A stretch of DNA of 64,000 nt from Ophelia neglecta (lineage: Eukaryota). Shown here piece after piece: positions 61,977 through 64,000 of this stretch. Every line of letters begins with the position of its first letter. The first letter of the stretch is position 1. The position numbers and the translations under genes are program-made. The notes below the pieces were generated by a model. The model did not search any database. It had not been told where the DNA came from and was given only the letters and a program-made list of their open reading frames with translations. The DNA lies in NCBI GenBank assembly GCA_965285935.1, contig OZ260663.1:56792001-56856000 (forward strand). The letters are read 5' to 3'.

Positions 61977-62773
61977 CGGCTTCAACATTTTTTTAAAAAA
62001 CAGGTCTAAACGTACACTTGGTTTTGTATTAGAGCTAGTGATTTTCCAGAGGCCTGACATTCCCTTTATCAACCAAATTGATTGAGGCTATACATCTTCT
62101 ACATAACATCTCAGGCCTTTGGTTTTAATTATAGGCCAAACGTTAGGCCAACATATGGACAAGCCGTTATTGATCTATCAGTCAATCAAATAAATTGACT
62201 GCTTGATCTACTATAGGCTTATAGGCGGTTTTAATATTATGAAGAGAAAAGGCCTAAACGTTGATTGCTGTGTTCAGTTAAGTAAGCCCCTTACAATACG
62301 CCTTAAAATTATAACGTTCATTGAGAGTAGATTTTTTTTCAGACGTGCCTGTTCCCTACAAGTAGAGCCCAGCCAATGGGGCATTAATGTTTACACAAAG
62401 GGCGCTGAAGGACTGTGAACTGCGTCCTCATCAGAGTCGTCGTTTATGCCTGGTTGGCTGGGCCTTATACGGTCCGCGGAGACACGTATGAAATATCTAA
62501 AACTCTCTATTAGCACAGCTGTACCTCTATGTGTGTCCTCCAAAAAAAACCTCGCAAGACGTTTTTAAGAAGTTTTCTTGCATTTCTGATTTTTAGGTCT
62601 GCAAATATTATACACCGTGTCAATATTTAGCTTGTCAATTTTTTTATTTATGAATGGGCAAAGTAAACGATTGCAAATTCCTGTCATTTCGAACAGTTGA
62701 TTCGTGTTTGTAGCCTTATAGTAGAGACGCAGGGCTAGCAAGGCGCATTTATCATAATAAAGCAGTTGCAAGC

Positions 62774-62787
62774 GGGATTTCCCAGAA
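62774..62787. promoter_or_regulatory. Overlapping NF-kB and GAS consensus sites about 1 kb upstream of viperin
   Basis: GGGATTTCCC (62774-62783) overlaps TTCCCAGAA (62779-62787). Confidence 0.4.
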
Positions 62788-63217
62788 AATGAGACGATTG
62801 GAAAAACCAGCAATTCTTCTGCTAGACCAACGGTTTGTGGCATTACGAAAGTAGACTATTTTTGGTTTCGTATAAAGCAATGCTTGCCGGGCCAGATGAC
62901 ATCGTTAAGGTATTTGGTCTTTTCTTTAAAATGCGGAAGCCTAGCTACCACCCAAGTGAATGCGTACATGCACGCATACATATATTTTTATATAGGGCCT
63001 ACCGTCTAGATCTCGAAACTATAGTGCTATTGTCTTAATGGTGGAACTCGTGAGTAGATTGAACCTAAACGTAAAAGTATACATTCGGGTCAAGATATAC
63101 TTATATTTATATAGACCCTATTTGGCCTATATCCTAAGCTGTCATCTGCAGACTGGTAGAGTTTGTTTACTGTACTTAAATAGAGCCTGACTACTTGTGG
63201 TTCAGCAGTGTCTAGAC

Positions 63218-63281
63218 ATCAATGATTGGTGTATCAGTCCTCGGTGTAGCTACACCGAGTACTGATACACCCATCATTGAT
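63218..63281. repeat. 64-bp near-perfect palindrome
   Basis: ATCAATGATTGGTGTATCAGTCCTCGGTGTAG / CTACACCGAGTACTGATACACCCATCATTGAT: 32-bp arms, 2 mismatches, no spacer. Confidence 0.9.
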
Positions 63282-64000
63282 AAAAATAGGCCTATAATAA
63301 TCTAGATATCAAACTTAGCCACTTTATCGATCAATTTAGGCCTATGCGGCCGTCAATAGGTCTAAAGGTGAGAATTAAGTCATAAGGTTTTTTTTTTACA
63401 GATTTTGTTATTTAAGGTGCATCAATATGCTTGCAACAGTCCAGCAGCAGTTTGTACGTGGAGGTATTCTATTTATTAAAGGTACATTTGTTTCATAAGG
63501 CCTAAAGGACCTGTACGCGTGGTTAACAAGGTGACGTTACGACAGGGTCAGAACACACGTAGAGGTAAGAGGGAATTTACAACAGCTTTTACGAACGTGG
63601 TAAGGTCTTCGTTTAACGTATTAAACGGGCTCTACCAGTCTCTGAAAGAGCATTTGCTTTATATAATACTGATCATACATTATCTATTATTGACATTACA
63701 GTACTACTTCATTGCACATAATTCACTTTCAGAATAGTACTTGTTTTTGACAAAATGCTCCTACTCAAATGATAGTATCTCAAACGGGTAGTTTTTAAAA
63801 TCAATAACAATAATAATTAATAAAAAATTAAGTAGTTTAAGCACAACAAAAACTATAAATGGAAACAAAATAGAGTCTGCAATGGAGACTGCGTATTGAA
63901 GCTTTCGGGAAACCCACCCTATTCGGGTCGAGCTTGCCCGTGCGAACGTTTTTACGCATACGTTGGCTTTGGGAAACTGGCCCGATGTAGGTCACGACCG

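Noticed and set aside
62405-62440. Possible hammerhead ribozyme on the minus strand (CTGATGA-GGAC...GTCC)
   Set aside because: The required GAAA after stem II is absent (reads TTCA) and stems I and III are not evident; a simple hairpin at most.
63901-63983. Two GCTTT(C)GGGAAAC..CCC motifs resembling Harbinger-type MITE ends
   Set aside because: Same orientation, no matching opposite end found, and too near the window edge to define an element.

Overview
Eukaryotic (animal) genomic DNA with AT-rich introns. The myosin sequences resemble molluscan/annelid striated myosin II, so a spiralian invertebrate is likely (inference). In order: (1) the 3' part of a striated-type myosin II heavy chain gene (MHC-A, +); (2) a three-exon gene for a tandem Mpr1-like GNAT acetyltransferase; (3) a complete second myosin heavy chain paralogue (MHC-B, +, 22 coding exons, about 1941 aa); (4) a theta-like glutathione S-transferase with a GC-AG intron holding a 38-bp minisatellite; (5) a divergent Rab8/10/13-like GTPase; (6) an intronless ORF with a degenerate HSF DNA-binding domain (-); (7) an unrecognised 168-aa type I membrane protein (signal peptide, furin site, Tyr/Asp-rich peptide, TM, Cys cluster, PPxY); (8) a PAP2/PLPP lipid phosphate phosphatase whose intron carries a 5'-truncated LINE between 170-bp direct repeats; (9) an ACP5-like purple acid phosphatase; (10) viperin/RSAD2 (-) with kB-, GAS- and ISRE-like upstream motifs. 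The most notable observations are the orphan membrane protein, the tandem GNAT between the myosins, a matching alternative tail exon and identical-sequence tracts in both myosins, the very long LINE-flanking duplication, and a strong excess of TAGGCCTA in non-coding DNA. All exon models were built by hand from splice signals and reading frame; no searches were run.
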